Origin: Owenia fusiformis
Taxonomy: Eukaryota
Direction: 5' to 3'
Length of the DNA: 64,000 nt
NCBI GenBank assembly: GCA_903813345.2
Contig: CAIIXF020000001.1
Span: forward strand, 34,534,001 to 34,598,000
Each line of letters opens with the position of its first letter. Position 1 is the first letter of the stretch. The notes under the pieces are model-generated. The model had not been told where the DNA came from. It searched no databases and saw only the letters and a list, made by a program, of their open reading frames with translations. The translations under genes and the position numbers were made by a program. Below are positions 42,401 to 51,082 of this stretch, piece after piece.

Positions 42401-43737
42401 ATGAGGGTCCCATTCATCAGGTAACACTCATATGTCGAAGTTAACTTCTTGCCTTTTTTAACACGTAACAAGGAGTAGAGCATGAATATCAATATGAAAT
42501 ATGTAGATTAGAAGGCTGATGAAGGTCAGAGCCGTTCGATGGTGTACTATTTTTTTCAAGGCCTGTCTGCGTCGCTAACATGCTAAATATAAGAGTTAGC
42601 TGACGTTTGGGAGTCTGACTTACCTTCTAAAGGTTAGAACCCGAATCTTAATGAAACTATATCACCTTTGTTGCGTCGATGATGATGCATAAACATAGCA
42701 TTTGATAGAAATTAGCGTAAATGCTTTTCCGACTTTTTCATTTTTCATCAATGTTGACTTCCGGGAAGGCGTTGTAGTTATCACGAAATAACGCATTGAC
42801 CCTTGAACTTTACTTTGTTGACGTGTCAACCAAGCATGTCTGGTGTGAAAATTAAAAGAATATTAAGCAATGTTCTACATCCGCCAAGCTAAGTGAAGTA
42901 GTCAATATTAAAAATTACCAATTTCAAGTGAAGTACGCAACGAACGAAACTGCGTGATCTACACTCCCACTATTGGTCTGAATGAAATGCTACGTAGAAA
43001 TATGAGCCGTCTGCTGTATTAGTCGATTAATAGAGAAAGACCTGTTGGTGATGCTTTATAATTTAGACCAAAACATTGAAGAACAAACGAACCTGTAAAT
43101 CGTGAAAACAACGAACAAATATTCGGTTTTCACATATGTTCGGTAATTTTTCGTATTGAAACTTCCGGAACTTACAAGGAAATCATTCATTTTCTCGATC
43201 CATGATTTACCTCTTGGATGTTGTGGCAAATGCTCCATGGTTGACGGAACAAAGGTGATATGGTTTCATTAAGATTCGGGTTCTAACCTTTACAAGGTAA
43301 GTCAGACTCCCAAACGTCAGCTAACTCTTATATTTAGCATGTTAGCGACGCAGACAGGCCTTGAAAAAAATAGTAGGCTAATTCATTAATATCGAAACAG
43401 TTTTTTGTGGATCTAACTGTAAGGAGCTACAACTGCAAACATACATGCTCAATGAGTACTTGACATCATCAATTTACACGTGACTCATGTATTGTTTATC
43501 AGACAGATTTTATCAAAAACATTGTGTAGCCTATTTGACAGGTGCTGCATAATTTCAAATAAATGAAATTGATGTATCTTCTACAAAAATGAACATATAA
43601 CTTTGAAACTCTGCAGACATTCAAATAAGAAAATGAAGCATAAGATAAGGTGAATGCAACACTCTAAAGCGACTCAACTTACACATAGTTTTGTAAAGAA
43701 ACCCAACAGTGGCGTCATCCGCATCTTCGTCCGCCAT
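181..43737 (-). CDS. PHF14: PHD finger protein 14 orthologue, spliced, 3'-incomplete; 18 coding exons in window (2450 nt)
   Basis: Exons join in frame with compatible phases. Translation includes RKRRVKP..DSSDDSDY, ICCVC..ECDGCGITVHEGCYGV..EPWFCDACK, CELCPNTSGIFKETDAGRWVHLVCALYIPG, TGVCISCDAGMCRSYFHVTCAQREGLLSEA..IADPFFAHCKQHAD, KAELMGIST and CGRCGKTHDQHLLAKCDNCRLYFHLGCLDPPLTRMP, all recognisable as PHF14 motifs. Confidence 0.96.
760..1466 (+). mobile_element. Helentron-associated (HINE/DINE-1-like) non-autonomous element, partial
   Basis: Internal ~350-bp duplication, (GGAC)n microsatellite, terminal hairpin AGCTCACCATGTGAGCT; left boundary approximate. Confidence 0.55.
2075..3565 (-). mobile_element. 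5'-truncated non-LTR retrotransposon (RTEX-like); ORF2 C-terminus at 2309-3511
   Basis: LLWADDL RT motif, KYLG, YGELGRYP, RFRLSSHKLHIEIGR, C-x2-C..EDEQHF..C; 3' palindrome ATGTCATTGCAATGACAT followed by AATAAA. Confidence 0.9.
4420..5165. repeat. Degenerate (GAAC/GCAC/GGAC)n tetranucleotide microsatellite
   Basis: Visible repeated gaac/gcac units. Confidence 0.85.
5608..7569 (-). mobile_element. Mariner (DD34D) transposon, full length, 189-bp TIRs, TA TSD
   Basis: TA|CAGGGTGATCCAGAAG...CTTCTGGATCACCCTG|TA; TIRs 5608-5796 and 7381-7569 nearly identical. Confidence 0.96.
5912..7147 (-). CDS. Mariner transposase, 354 aa, two exons (7147-6452, 6280-5912) with a 171-nt GT-AG intron
   Basis: HTH region, WVPHDL, TSDES, HWDNAPTH, YSPDLAPSD with 34 residues between the 2nd and 3rd D; AAG|gtaaga...tttttcag|GTT joins in frame. 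Confidence 0.92.
7973..8200 (-). CDS. PHF14: PHF14 exon 17, Lys/Pro-rich
   Basis: ttttttag acceptor, GAG|gtgagt donor; 228 nt open frame. Confidence 0.85.
8335..8485 (-). CDS. PHF14: PHF14 exon 16
   Basis: WQCSECTRSSSED...QLKQPKKY; AG/GTAAGT. Confidence 0.93.
8913..9044 (-). CDS. PHF14: PHF14 exon 15, PHD finger
   Basis: CGRCGKTHDQHLLAKCDNCRLYFHLGCLDPPLTRMPKKT; AG/GT bounded. Confidence 0.96.
10359..11624 (+). pseudogene. DIRS gag-like ORF1 with two frameshifts
   Basis: RPSNC..L.VTKVN..IW, DALAILGHGNFQLNMRRK, LYGDD and an RGG-rich tail, split across three ORFs. Confidence 0.8.
11631..13491 (+). pseudogene. DIRS pol: RT + truncated RNase H + adenine-methylase-like domain + N-terminal stub of tyrosine recombinase
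   Basis: AGQLKHF..W..TSD (other frame), VPKKD, LNLKELN, LPMGITCAPRLFTK, YIDD, YSDAS, HINVVEL, DLFATRLN, YMFPPF, ILASWRSGTQKQY. Confidence 0.9.
14008..14111 (-). CDS. PHF14: PHF14 exon 14
   Basis: QLALPEILKVKKP...PPAVIH; AG/GTAAGT; phase 0-2. Confidence 0.88.
14134..14833 (+). mobile_element. HINE/DINE-1-like element with ~120-bp internal tandem repeats
   Basis: 5' ACTAGA..ATCCCACCGAAC and 3' GTTCGGTGGGAT sub-terminal inverted pair; (GGAC)n; CGAACTTCGTTCG hairpin. Confidence 0.75.
15037..15132 (-). CDS. PHF14: PHF14 exon 13
   Basis: LCDTNENLK...LCAISGK; ttttgtag acceptor, AAG|gtaaca donor. Confidence 0.88.
15391..15497 (-). CDS. PHF14: PHF14 exon 12, coiled coil
   Basis: DRNNRIANMKK...LRQKYEK; AG/GT bounded; phase 1-0. 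Confidence 0.9.
15650..16630 (-). mobile_element. Degraded LINE (RTEX-like) 3' fragment
   Basis: KPVALYGSEIW, AVRGELGR, TRFRISAHNLEIERG, CKICK..DETHFLFKC. Confidence 0.85.
17300..22970 (+). mobile_element. Three head-to-tail HINE-like units (starts 17300, 18900, 21135) carrying a ~475-bp satellite and (AGTAGGTAGCTG)n minisatellites
   Basis: Repeated head ACTAGA..GTAAATTGAAC..GTTCAATTTAAGACTCCAGAT; terminal hairpin AGACTCCAGATTTTCATCTGGAGTCT, duplicated at 22855-22935. Confidence 0.8.
22968..23420. repeat. ~180-bp tandem repeat, ~3 degenerate copies
   Basis: Recurrent GTTCAAATCTTC..GATCTATAGG..AACAAACAATGGGATT. Confidence 0.75.
24071..24259 (-). CDS. PHF14: PHF14 exon 11
   Basis: VPDEKQPRLLTT..RRLLHKAELMGIST..QPAMSVEFVAYFL; AG/GT bounded. 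Confidence 0.95.
25699..25774 (-). CDS. PHF14: PHF14 exon 10 (LRVHRKLHRHRQKYLISRAKRPPSW)
   Basis: tttttcag acceptor, G|gtaagg donor; phase 0-1 bridges exons 9 and 11. Confidence 0.9.
26315..26498 (-). CDS. PHF14: PHF14 exon 9
   Basis: AQREGLLSEASPDEEIADPFFAHCKQHADK; AG/GT bounded. Confidence 0.96.
26801..26895 (-). CDS. PHF14: PHF14 exon 8, ePHD
   Basis: ECSLCEDSRFSRTGVCISCDAGMCRSYFHVT; AG/GT bounded. Confidence 0.97.
27420..27587 (-). CDS. PHF14: PHF14 exon 7, Zn knuckle/ePHD
   Basis: NCELCPNTSGIFKETDAGRWVHLVCALYIPG; AG/GT bounded. Confidence 0.97.
27962..28118 (-). CDS. PHF14: PHF14 exon 6, PHD1
   Basis: EIVECDGCGITVHEGCYGV...EPWFCDACKAGVKP; AG/GT bounded. Confidence 0.96.
28201..29769 (+). 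mobile_element. HINE-like element containing a nested TA-TSD MITE
   Basis: ATCCCAACGAAC and GTTCGTTGGGAT sub-terminal pair; (CCGA)n; terminal hairpin. Confidence 0.75.
28427..29206. mobile_element. Tc1/pogo-type MITE
   Basis: TA|CCGTATTCTCTGTAATTA-CGCCCA ... TGGGCG-TAATTACAGAGAATACGG|TA. Confidence 0.8.
31113..33369 (+). mobile_element. Tandem pair of HINE-like units (period 1069 bp) with ~120-bp internal repeats
   Basis: 31113-32086 nearly identical to 32182-33155; each unit ends in a microsatellite plus CCGAACTTCGTTC hairpin. Confidence 0.85.
33547..33731. mobile_element. Small CAGT-ended MITE, 6-bp TSD CATCAT
   Basis: CAGTAATCTCCCCA ... TGGGGTGAACACTG flanked by CATCAT. Confidence 0.55.
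33784..33869 (-). CDS. PHF14: PHF14 exon 5 (ASVLS...KVLICCVCQGED), start of PHD1
   Basis: tttttacag acceptor, AG|gtgggt donor; phase 0-2. Confidence 0.92.
34011..34177 (-). CDS. PHF14: PHF14 exon 4, acidic (NESVDEKSDIEK...QAESK)
   Basis: ttttctag acceptor, AAG|gtacat donor; phase 1-0. Confidence 0.85.
34477..35270 (-). mobile_element. LINE 3' fragment (RTEX-like)
   Basis: RLWNRF..MENNRLTKKIF; KLRTYLTFK; QLRTGILPLAIETGRF; CQIC..ENESHFVYEC; (AATG)n-like tail. Confidence 0.85.
35410..38510 (+). mobile_element. Degraded CR1/L2-group LINE ORF2, interrupted by a mariner derivative
   Basis: PVHKKGDKS..NFRPITLL, QSGFLPGHST, DISAAFD, VPQGSILGPLLFLIY, YADD, CKCG..ET..HV..C; A-rich tail at ~38496. 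Confidence 0.9.
35994..37040 (-). mobile_element. Internally deleted mariner related to the 5608-7569 element
   Basis: TA|CAGGGTGATCAATAAATAAGG...CCTTATTTATTGATCACCCTG|TA; long diverged TIRs; remnant KRP..LHWDNASSHNAILT..SPDL. Confidence 0.9.
38723..38815 (-). CDS. PHF14: PHF14 exon 3, acidic; ends at a GC donor
   Basis: tgcag acceptor; CAG|GCAAGT donor; 93 nt, phase 1-1. Confidence 0.78.
39030..39140 (-). CDS. PHF14: PHF14 exon 2 (NRDPRKRRVKPVSKHMIQLDFGLEDSSDDSDYQVKQ)
   Basis: ttttatag acceptor, G|gtaaga donor; resembles PHF14 N-terminus. Confidence 0.92.
39696..40000. mobile_element. CATGGG-ended MITE
   Basis: CATGGGCGTAG ... CTACGCCCATG; flanks AGTTTTA / AGTTTTG. Confidence 0.7.
40110..40541. 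mobile_element. Partial copy of the Kolobok-like element at 56245-57454
   Basis: Matches 57098-57458; ends CC|TTAA. Confidence 0.7.
40697..41716 (+). mobile_element. HINE fragment (same family as 31113) interrupted by a LINE RT fragment (40880-41587)
   Basis: ACCAGAACAACGGCAACGCC head; inserted ORF has DLSKAFD, GIPQGSILGP and YADD. Confidence 0.85.
42547..43373. mobile_element. MITE with ~130-bp TIRs flanked by TA, in PHF14 intron 1
   Basis: CTATTTTTTTCAAGGCCTGTCTGCGTCG... nearly perfectly inverted at 43243-43373. Confidence 0.85.
43683..43737 (-). CDS. PHF14: PHF14 exon 1 (MADEDADDATVGFLYKTM)
   Basis: AAAATGGCGG start context; donor T|GTAAGT; phase 1 fits exon 2. Confidence 0.8.
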
Positions 43738-43996
43738 TTTAACAAGATAATCTCAAAAGCCAAAATTGATTTAGTTTAACATCATGTTATGAAATCAGTT
43801 CTTCTCAAATTGTAATTTTAATAAAGTAATTATAAATTGAAGACGAGCTAGTAACTATTTAGATCTAACAGGTATGGAAATGATATCAACCGTTTACATT
43901 TGAGACTAGGGATATCCGGGTACTTTCTAAAAAATTTCACTTCTAGAAATTTTATTCTCCTTTTTAAATCAAGGATACAGCCACACTAGATTCACC
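43738..43996. promoter_or_regulatory. Putative bidirectional promoter between PHF14 and NDUFA4
   Basis: Only 259 bp between divergent ATGs; YY1-type CCGCCATTTT overlaps the PHF14 start codon. Confidence 0.7.
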
Positions 43997-44041
43997 ATGA
44001 TGCAAGGGCTGACTGCTGCGTCAATTACAAAGCATCCAGCT
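43997..44041 (+). CDS. NDUFA4: NDUFA4 coding exon 1
   Basis: CACCATG start; KHPA|gtaagt. Confidence 0.93.
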
Positions 44042-47000
44042 GTAAGTATTACTAAAATTTAAGTGTCATTATTAGGGTTTAGTTTAGTTATTTTCCATTA
44101 CCTTTCCGACCGACCAAGCATTTTTATAAAATGACCTTGAACTTCACACTGGTACCTGCGCTTTACTTCGGTCCAAAGCCTTCTCTATATTCCGGCTTTG
44201 AGGAGGAAGATTGAGCTGCCTTAGTATTATAAATATTGTAAATCATTGTGTCACACGTACAGTAAATATGGCATAATAATATGAAATACGTAAAGGCTAG
44301 AGTACCGACAATTGTCGGTACTCTAGACTCTGATGTGGTGGCACGCTAGAGGACCGACAAATAAATTGTCGGTACGGGAGATATGCTGTGTTAAGACGCT
44401 AGAGGACCGACAAATATTGATTTTCGAATTTTCTGGCGCATGCGCAATGCGCGGGGGGATATTTCAGATATCATACGGATATTTTGGGAACAAGAGCAAA
44501 ACCCGGGGAGGGCATTAGCCCCGGTTACCCGGGGATTACCAAACCCAGTCAAAAAATGGTAACCCGAGAACAGGGAATGGTAGTAAACGTTGAAAACCCA
44601 ATAAAAACATGAACAAATAAGACGTTAGAGAGCTATTAATGCAGAGTAAACGGCTATATATATTCTAAACTGACAGGATATTTCTCCTGAGCCGATCAGG
44701 CGTAGAAAGGGGCGTTTGCTACCCATTAGATAGAAGAAAATAGCTAGAATGTTTTTTATTTGATGCTTATGGTATGAGGTTCCATATCCATCCGCCAAAA
44801 GGTATGACCCCTATATAGTCCATTTAAAAACCTGTGGTATCGTTCTAATTAACCCATAGTTGGCTTCTAGGGTACCTAGTATGCCACTATTTGGTATCAA
44901 AATAAAGAGGAGTTCAACTTTCATTTGAATTACGAAAATAGCGATAGGCCAAAATAGTTCCGAACGTGAGCATGTTTACTACGCGTTTGCCAGTCATATC
45001 AGAATTGAGGTAGTGGTAGCAAACGCGAGTTACAATAAACGGACGCTGATATCTCAAAAAGTAACCTGACTCCCTATAATTTGATGTCGGTCAATCGAAC
45101 CCCTATATGGACAGGTGCATTTTGATATATAACACTATGGGGGGTAAGCGTTTCATAGTTGGTCACGAACGCCATATGTGCAAAGACGGTATTGTTATGA
45201 ATTTTCGAATTTGGTGTTGGATTACGGTACTCATACCTTATAGCACAATTTTTTGATGGAATTTGCATTTGGCTCCCTTAGTTAATGGCCACGATTCCAT
45301 CTCGCATGAGAGAGCTACCAAACGCAAAGTAAACAGTGATATATTCCAAATGAGATATTTCTCCTGTGCCATGGCGTAGTAAGGGTAGAGAGCGACGGGG
45401 GCGAAAGCACTGAAGCATCCCCTCCCATAACTGTATATATCGACCCATTAGATAGAACAAGAAAAGAGCTTTAAAATGTTTTTTAATTGAAGCTTGTACG
45501 ACAATTTTGATGGAAGTTGAATCAATTTTTGTCGAAATAAATTATGGCTCACTACAAGTTAATGCCTGTACGATTCCATACTGCAAAAGAAGCACTATAA
45601 CCCCCTCAAAAGAAAAAAGTAGGTCCTGCCGGGATTCGAACTCTGGATCGAGTGTGTTCGAGTCGTGCTCGCTAACCACTAGGCTACCAGTGATGAGGTT
45701 ATTTCTAAGAGTAGAAGTAGTGCATTTATTTATGAAATTGTCGGCTCTCTAGCAAAAACATGTAGCAGCCACTTGCGTACCGACAATTGTCGGTTCTCTA
45801 TATGGCACTACTAGGTGACGATAGAGTGCCGACAATTGTCGGTACCCAAGCAAATACCCCTGGACAGTCTCCTGGAGCCACTCCGTATGAAATATACCTT
45901 TATGTATAGATTTGAAGAACATCAGCTCACATCCCCGTCTGAATCTATTGTTAAATTTGATTTCTTTAAAGCGAGAATAATTTCAAATTTTGTTCACGTC
46001 CAGAACCGGAAGCGATTTTTAGCTACAGCGAGAAAATTTCACCATGTGTCAAACTCCGAAATGAAATTTTCAAATATCTAAATCAAGACAAGCAACGTTC
46101 ATCCTGAATATTATTAATATTCTTAAAAATATTTATAAAATTTATTAAAAATGAGATCAAGGTGCGTGTAGGTGCGTGTAGCACCTTTTCTAGAGTACAT
46201 ACGAAATCAATGAAGTTACGTCTAGCTGTAAGCTAGAGACTCGAGTAACCTGCGCTAAGCCCTTCTCATCCTACAGTCTAGTGGTGGGACTCGTGTGGAT
46301 TATCCTACTCGAGTAGAGGCTCTTGAACACTCGATTTATTCGCGATTTAAATGAATGATTTTTGAAAAAAGTTCAGAAAAACTTTCTTTGGAAAGTTACA
46401 AACGTTCACATCCTGTAGCAATGTTTTGAAGTGTTCTCGGTTCAACCTACCTTGAATAACTCCAACATTCTCATCAAATTATTCAAATAGAATAACTCAA
46501 TACACTTTATATGTTCTTGTTTTGCATTGAAAAGTAAAAAATTAGCAATTTACGCTAATTAGTTTGACCTACTTAAACATGTCGTCCAAGTGCGCAAGCG
46601 CTCCGGGGTCTAGTGATGGGGATGTTCCATTACAATTCAATGGGTAAATTTAGTGCATCACAAACTTTATTTTATCCAATTAACGATGTTTTAACAAATT
46701 TTTACGAAGGCCCCCCACGAAGTGGGCGGAGCCATTCGTTCTATGGACCGACTGTCGACCATTCACGTGACCAAAAGTCCGCCATTATTACCTTATATGG
46801 CAAATCATCAAAGCAACGATCACAACGTCATATGTTGTGTTTGTGATGAAGATATGACGTAATATAATATAAACTATGACGTCAGTTACTTATTGCCCTA
46901 TCAACTAAACAGACAAGAAAGCTAAACGGCACACATCACAGTGTTTATTATATTTTAATTTGTGACGTCATTAATATGTTACCTAACCAACAGAAAACAA

Positions 47001-50000
47001 GCAGTTACATGTAGTTTGTTCATTGTCTTTCTCTGTGGTATTTTCATAAAAAGTGGATCAGTTTTGTCAAAATAGCATTATGGCCTTCGTATTTTTCTAG
47101 TGTCATTTTCACTTGATTTTCTTGTTGTGAAGTCATTCAATCATTTGTCCTTCATAACTAGAAATATAACAGTTCCAGTGCTCTCCCCAGGATTTTTTTG
47201 TAGGGAGGATTTTGTAAAAAAAAATTGCAACATTTTGGGATTTTGTTATTCTGAAAATGCAACATTTTAATATTTTTTACTCATAAAGTGCAACATTTGC
47301 GGATCTGGGGGGGGGAGCGCCCCCCCCCCCCCCCTTGGGTGGGCCCAGAAAAAAAATTGGGCCCAAAAAGGCCTTGTTGGTTCCCAGATCCGCCCCTGTT
47401 TACGTACTGATTATGCCTGTTTATCAAATATTTATGAAAAAAGTAATCTAGGTTTACATTTTTGGTAGATCTAATAAACTTTTAAAATTTTAATTTGCCG
47501 CTTTGTCCATTCAGCAAAAAAAGCATATTTTTTGTTGAAATTCCACAGGGCCATTTTTAGTTAATCGGGCGACCAGATTCACTTAAAAAGTACTTACACT
47601 CGATTGTGTTGTACCAGACAACTTGCCAGCGGTGTGCTTCTGACATTCTTCTGATAAAATCAAGTAAATATATCGAGATGAGGGGAAAGTTCGGTTGTTT
47701 GAAATAGCGAACAATTCATTTTCATCCATGTTAATCTGTCATTGAACCAAATAAATGTGCGTTCGATAAAGTTCTGCATATACAAACGACATGAATTTAC
47801 GATCGATCAACTAAAATAGCGAACATTCGCTTTTCTTCCATGTAAATCTGTAATTGAAACAAAGGAATATGCATTCGATAAAACACTGCATAAGTGAAAA
47901 TTTAAAAACAAACAAAACTTCAATTTTTCGGTAAGATTTTGTTATTTTAAATCTTTGAGGCGGAGAAACAACGTGTAAGGTTTGTCAGTGGCGCAAGGAA
48001 TAACCATGAGGCGCATTTCTTTGATTGCAATTGTTTGGAGGCGCGGCGCCTCAGTAAGTTCAACGTAGGGAGAGCACAGAGTTCATAAATTCTTGTGGAG
48101 AAAAAGAATCTTGTCCACCATTCCCGAATCCAACTTGGCCCTCTTCTTAGTTACAAGATTTGATGCTGTTGAAAACATACGCTCGCTGGCAGTGCTTGTC
48201 ACCTGAACACACAGAAGTTGTCTTGCCAGTCTAAAAACATTGTGTTGACAGTTACAATCAAGCCCTGGTCTGCTATTATATTTACTGAAACTACCTTGGC
48301 CACATTCTGTGAAAGTGATGCAGTTCAGTAAGCCCGCACTAAGTTACTGGCCCCTGATTTATTGTATCCAAAGACATCTTAATATACATTAATACTCACA
48401 TTCTCTTTTTTCCAGTTGGTCCCACTTTTCGTGGCCATTGCTGGTGGAATGGGCCTTTCTTTCACGTATTTGGGACGTCTTGCATTTAAGTGTCCTGATG
48501 TCTGGTAAGTCCATTTTATTTTGAATGATTCATAACTGATACCACTCACTGTTATAGCCTAGTATGAGTTTTATTTGCATGTGTTTTAAATGAGACAGTG
48601 GGTGAAGTTACATTTGTGTGTATTTTAAAGTCTACCAGAAATCACTTGATTTGTCTTTTCCTTTATGAATTTTGCTGTTTATAATTATATTGTGTTTGCA
48701 TATAATTTAAACCCTTTATTGTTGAATATGGAATTGTTAGGATCAACTTTTATTTGAACCCCTTTTTGAATCTTTTCAAATTGATTAAATCCAGGGCTTG
48801 CATTAACAGCGTCCTGTACATGTTAAGGACTCAAAAATAATTTGGAGGACGCAAAAATTGAAAATATTTCCGTTTTTTGGACGCAAATTTTTTTTAGGTC
48901 AATACTACAATGTGTTTACAACGATACCTAACAAAAACAAATAATTATGATCTCTCACCTTTATTTGAATCGTAAATAAGGCTCAACATGTTGAATATTT
49001 ACAAATAATCATGATTCTCTCGAATTTTTTCGACTTTGTTTATTTTTAGATTTGAAACCATGACACGCCACAGTTTTTCCTATTCAGAAACAAATATTAC
49101 TAGGTTATTCATGAAATAAAATGTATTCATTGGCGAATGAACGAACATGCATTTATTCAGTCCGTACTTAACGTTTACTTCCGTTTTAAATTCGCGGCAA
49201 GAAATCATGACAAGTAAGTTAATAAAAGTAACATTGGAAAGATGTTTTACTGACCTATTGTTGTGATGAAGCAAAGAAAATCATGTGACAAAATTAACTT
49301 CAAGGTGTTTTGGTAAAAAATGCTTTTAAAATAAAGTTATACCTCAAAACAGGCTAGAAATAAAGGACACACTGGGACTCACAAATTTTCTAACCTAATG
49401 CAAGCGCTGATTAAATCTCATCAATAGTTCATCCTCGATCAACTTGTATTACTATCAGCTACTGTTATGTATGTATGTATAAATATTGTCAGTGAATTTC
49501 TAAAATCAGTTAAAATTGCTATTTTCTGGGAAAGTTCATGGTCCTACCCAGTCCTGGCTTAAAACAGGTTAAGATACTCTTCTTAAGATCACTCCCTAGT
49601 TTAAATGTTTGTGCTCAGTAATTCATCATTAATTACAAACTTATGATTGTTAAAGATATCGGGTCTCCTAAAAACACAATTAGACTAACCCCCTGATTTT
49701 TTCGTGTTATTTGATGTAGTACAAGTTTATTTATCAACTTAAAAATTCTGAGGCTTGAATTAATTGGTTAACAGTATCAATTCGATGATTGTTCCTAGCC
49801 ATGAATTTCCACTTTCAACAGTAGAAATTCAAAATAAAATTTAAAAAGCCCGCTCAAATTTGTTCCAGTCTGATTGGCTTTTTCCTTCAGTTTCAACAGA
49901 TTGTTTTGACTCAGAGAAGCCATATTTATTACTTCTAAGGGGTTGAAATATAGATAAATCCCCAAAAAACATTGTATATAATGTTTTCGACTTATTGCAT

Positions 50001-51082
50001 TCAATTCTGACAGTTGGTTGTCCTGTTGATTTCCTCAGTATATTGGTGATATTGTGATTATGATTTGGTCTCAAGATATATCTAAGGTATATGATGTTTT
50101 ATGAGCAGTTATATTGGGACATAACTGATTGTCCAGAATAGAAATCTTGACGACTGGATCTCTTTAATTGCTTTCAAGCTGCTTGATTTGATGATTCTTC
50201 TACCTATATGAGACACATAGTCTTTGATACTGTTTTCATACTCTGATCAAGTTAGCTTTTTCTATTGCATATGCATCCATTACTTACCCAAGTTAGTATT
50301 ACTTTATGCATGCAATAAGTTGATATTCTTTATTTCTTGTGTTTTAGCTGGAACAGAGACTCATCTTATCCTTATGAGCGATATGCCAACAAACAGTACA
50401 AAGTAAGTCGATCAGCTGACATGGAACCTGGATTTAGTATTTTACTGTATGCAAATATTGTTAATTTATGAATTGGAATTTAATAGAGTTATCAGATGTT
50501 GCATTTAAATCATCATGAGAAATCATGGGCTTCTATTAGTTCCTTTCTATTTTAAAAACCTTAAAAAACAGGAAGATCTGATGAGTATCAGAATGTATTT
50601 AATTTTGTTGCTGAGTGTATCTAGGTGACATTTTTCCTCAAGATGCGTAAAATTTTGAGATATGCCTATATTTTTCTAATGTTTTGAAGCTTGTATCTCT
50701 ATTTACTGGACTTCTACTTAGCTGCCAAATCTTGAAAACAACTAATCTGTCAAAATAAGTAGCGCCAAATTAAGTAGAATTTCAGTGTGTCATTTGGATT
50801 AATGAATAGATTTTAGTTGGCATATATGATAGAATGAATATCAGTGTTACTTCTATTTGAAATTGAATAATTTGCATTTAATATTACTGCAACTAAACTC
50901 GTAGGATAAAGTTTCCATATGTCTAGACTCTACTTTTATACTGAAAGTCATTTCAGAGCTGCCATTTATTCTTAAATCTAAAATAACTCTCCTTTCAGTT
51001 CTACAGTGAGAAAATTGACTACAAGAACCTGAAACAACCTGCTGAGCGACCAGTCCTCCCCAAGATGGAACCAGGATCATAA
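43997..51082 (+). CDS. NDUFA4: NDUFA4/COXFA4-family cytochrome c oxidase subunit, 90 aa; exons 43997-44041, 48416-48504, 50348-50402, 50999-51082
   Basis: MMQGLTAASITKHPA|LVPLFVAIAGGMGLSFTYLGRLAFKCPDVC|WNRDSSYPYERYANKQYK|FYSEKIDYKNLKQPAERPVLPKMEPGS*. Family motifs KHP-L-PLF, RLA--PDV-W and QYKFYS--DY are present. All three donors are GTAAGT; AATAAA at 51152. Confidence 0.96.
44298..45846. mobile_element. Element bounded by palindromic GTACCGACAATTGTCGGTAC motifs, in NDUFA4 intron 1
   Basis: Motif copies at 44300, 44350, 44400, 45777 and 45823; boundaries approximate. Confidence 0.55.
45622..45693 (-). pseudogene. tRNA-derived sequence (pseudo-tRNA or SINE head) with A box, B box and T6 terminator
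   Basis: TAGCCTAGTGG ... GTTCGAATCC ... TTTTTT on minus strand; stems poorly paired. Confidence 0.65.
47176..48079. mobile_element. hAT-like MITE with 5-bp TSD AGTTC
   Basis: CAGTGCTCTCCC ... GGGAGAGCACAG. Confidence 0.7.
48083..48245 (-). pseudogene. hAT transposase C-terminal dimerisation-domain remnant
   Basis: LARQLLCVQVTSTASERMFSTASNLVTKKRAKLDSGMVDKILFLHKNL*. Confidence 0.85.
48416..48504 (+). CDS. NDUFA4: NDUFA4 coding exon 2 (transmembrane helix)
   Basis: ttttttccag acceptor; LVPLFVAIAGG...PDV; gtaagt donor. Confidence 0.96.
48792..49409. mobile_element. hAT MITE with 8-bp TSD ATTAAATC
   Basis: CAGGGCTTGCATTA ... TAATGCAAGCGCTG. Confidence 0.85.
50348..50402 (+). CDS. NDUFA4: NDUFA4 coding exon 3
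   Basis: gttttag acceptor; WNRDSSYPYERYANKQYK; gtaagt donor. Confidence 0.94.
50999..51082 (+). CDS. NDUFA4: NDUFA4 coding exon 4
   Basis: ctttcag acceptor; FYSEKIDYKNLK...stop; AATAAA 70 nt downstream. Confidence 0.94.
   Translation, partial: FYSEKIDYKNLKQPAERPVLPKMEPGS

Noticed and set aside
45622..45693. Functional tRNA gene
   Set aside because: Acceptor and anticodon stems do not pair
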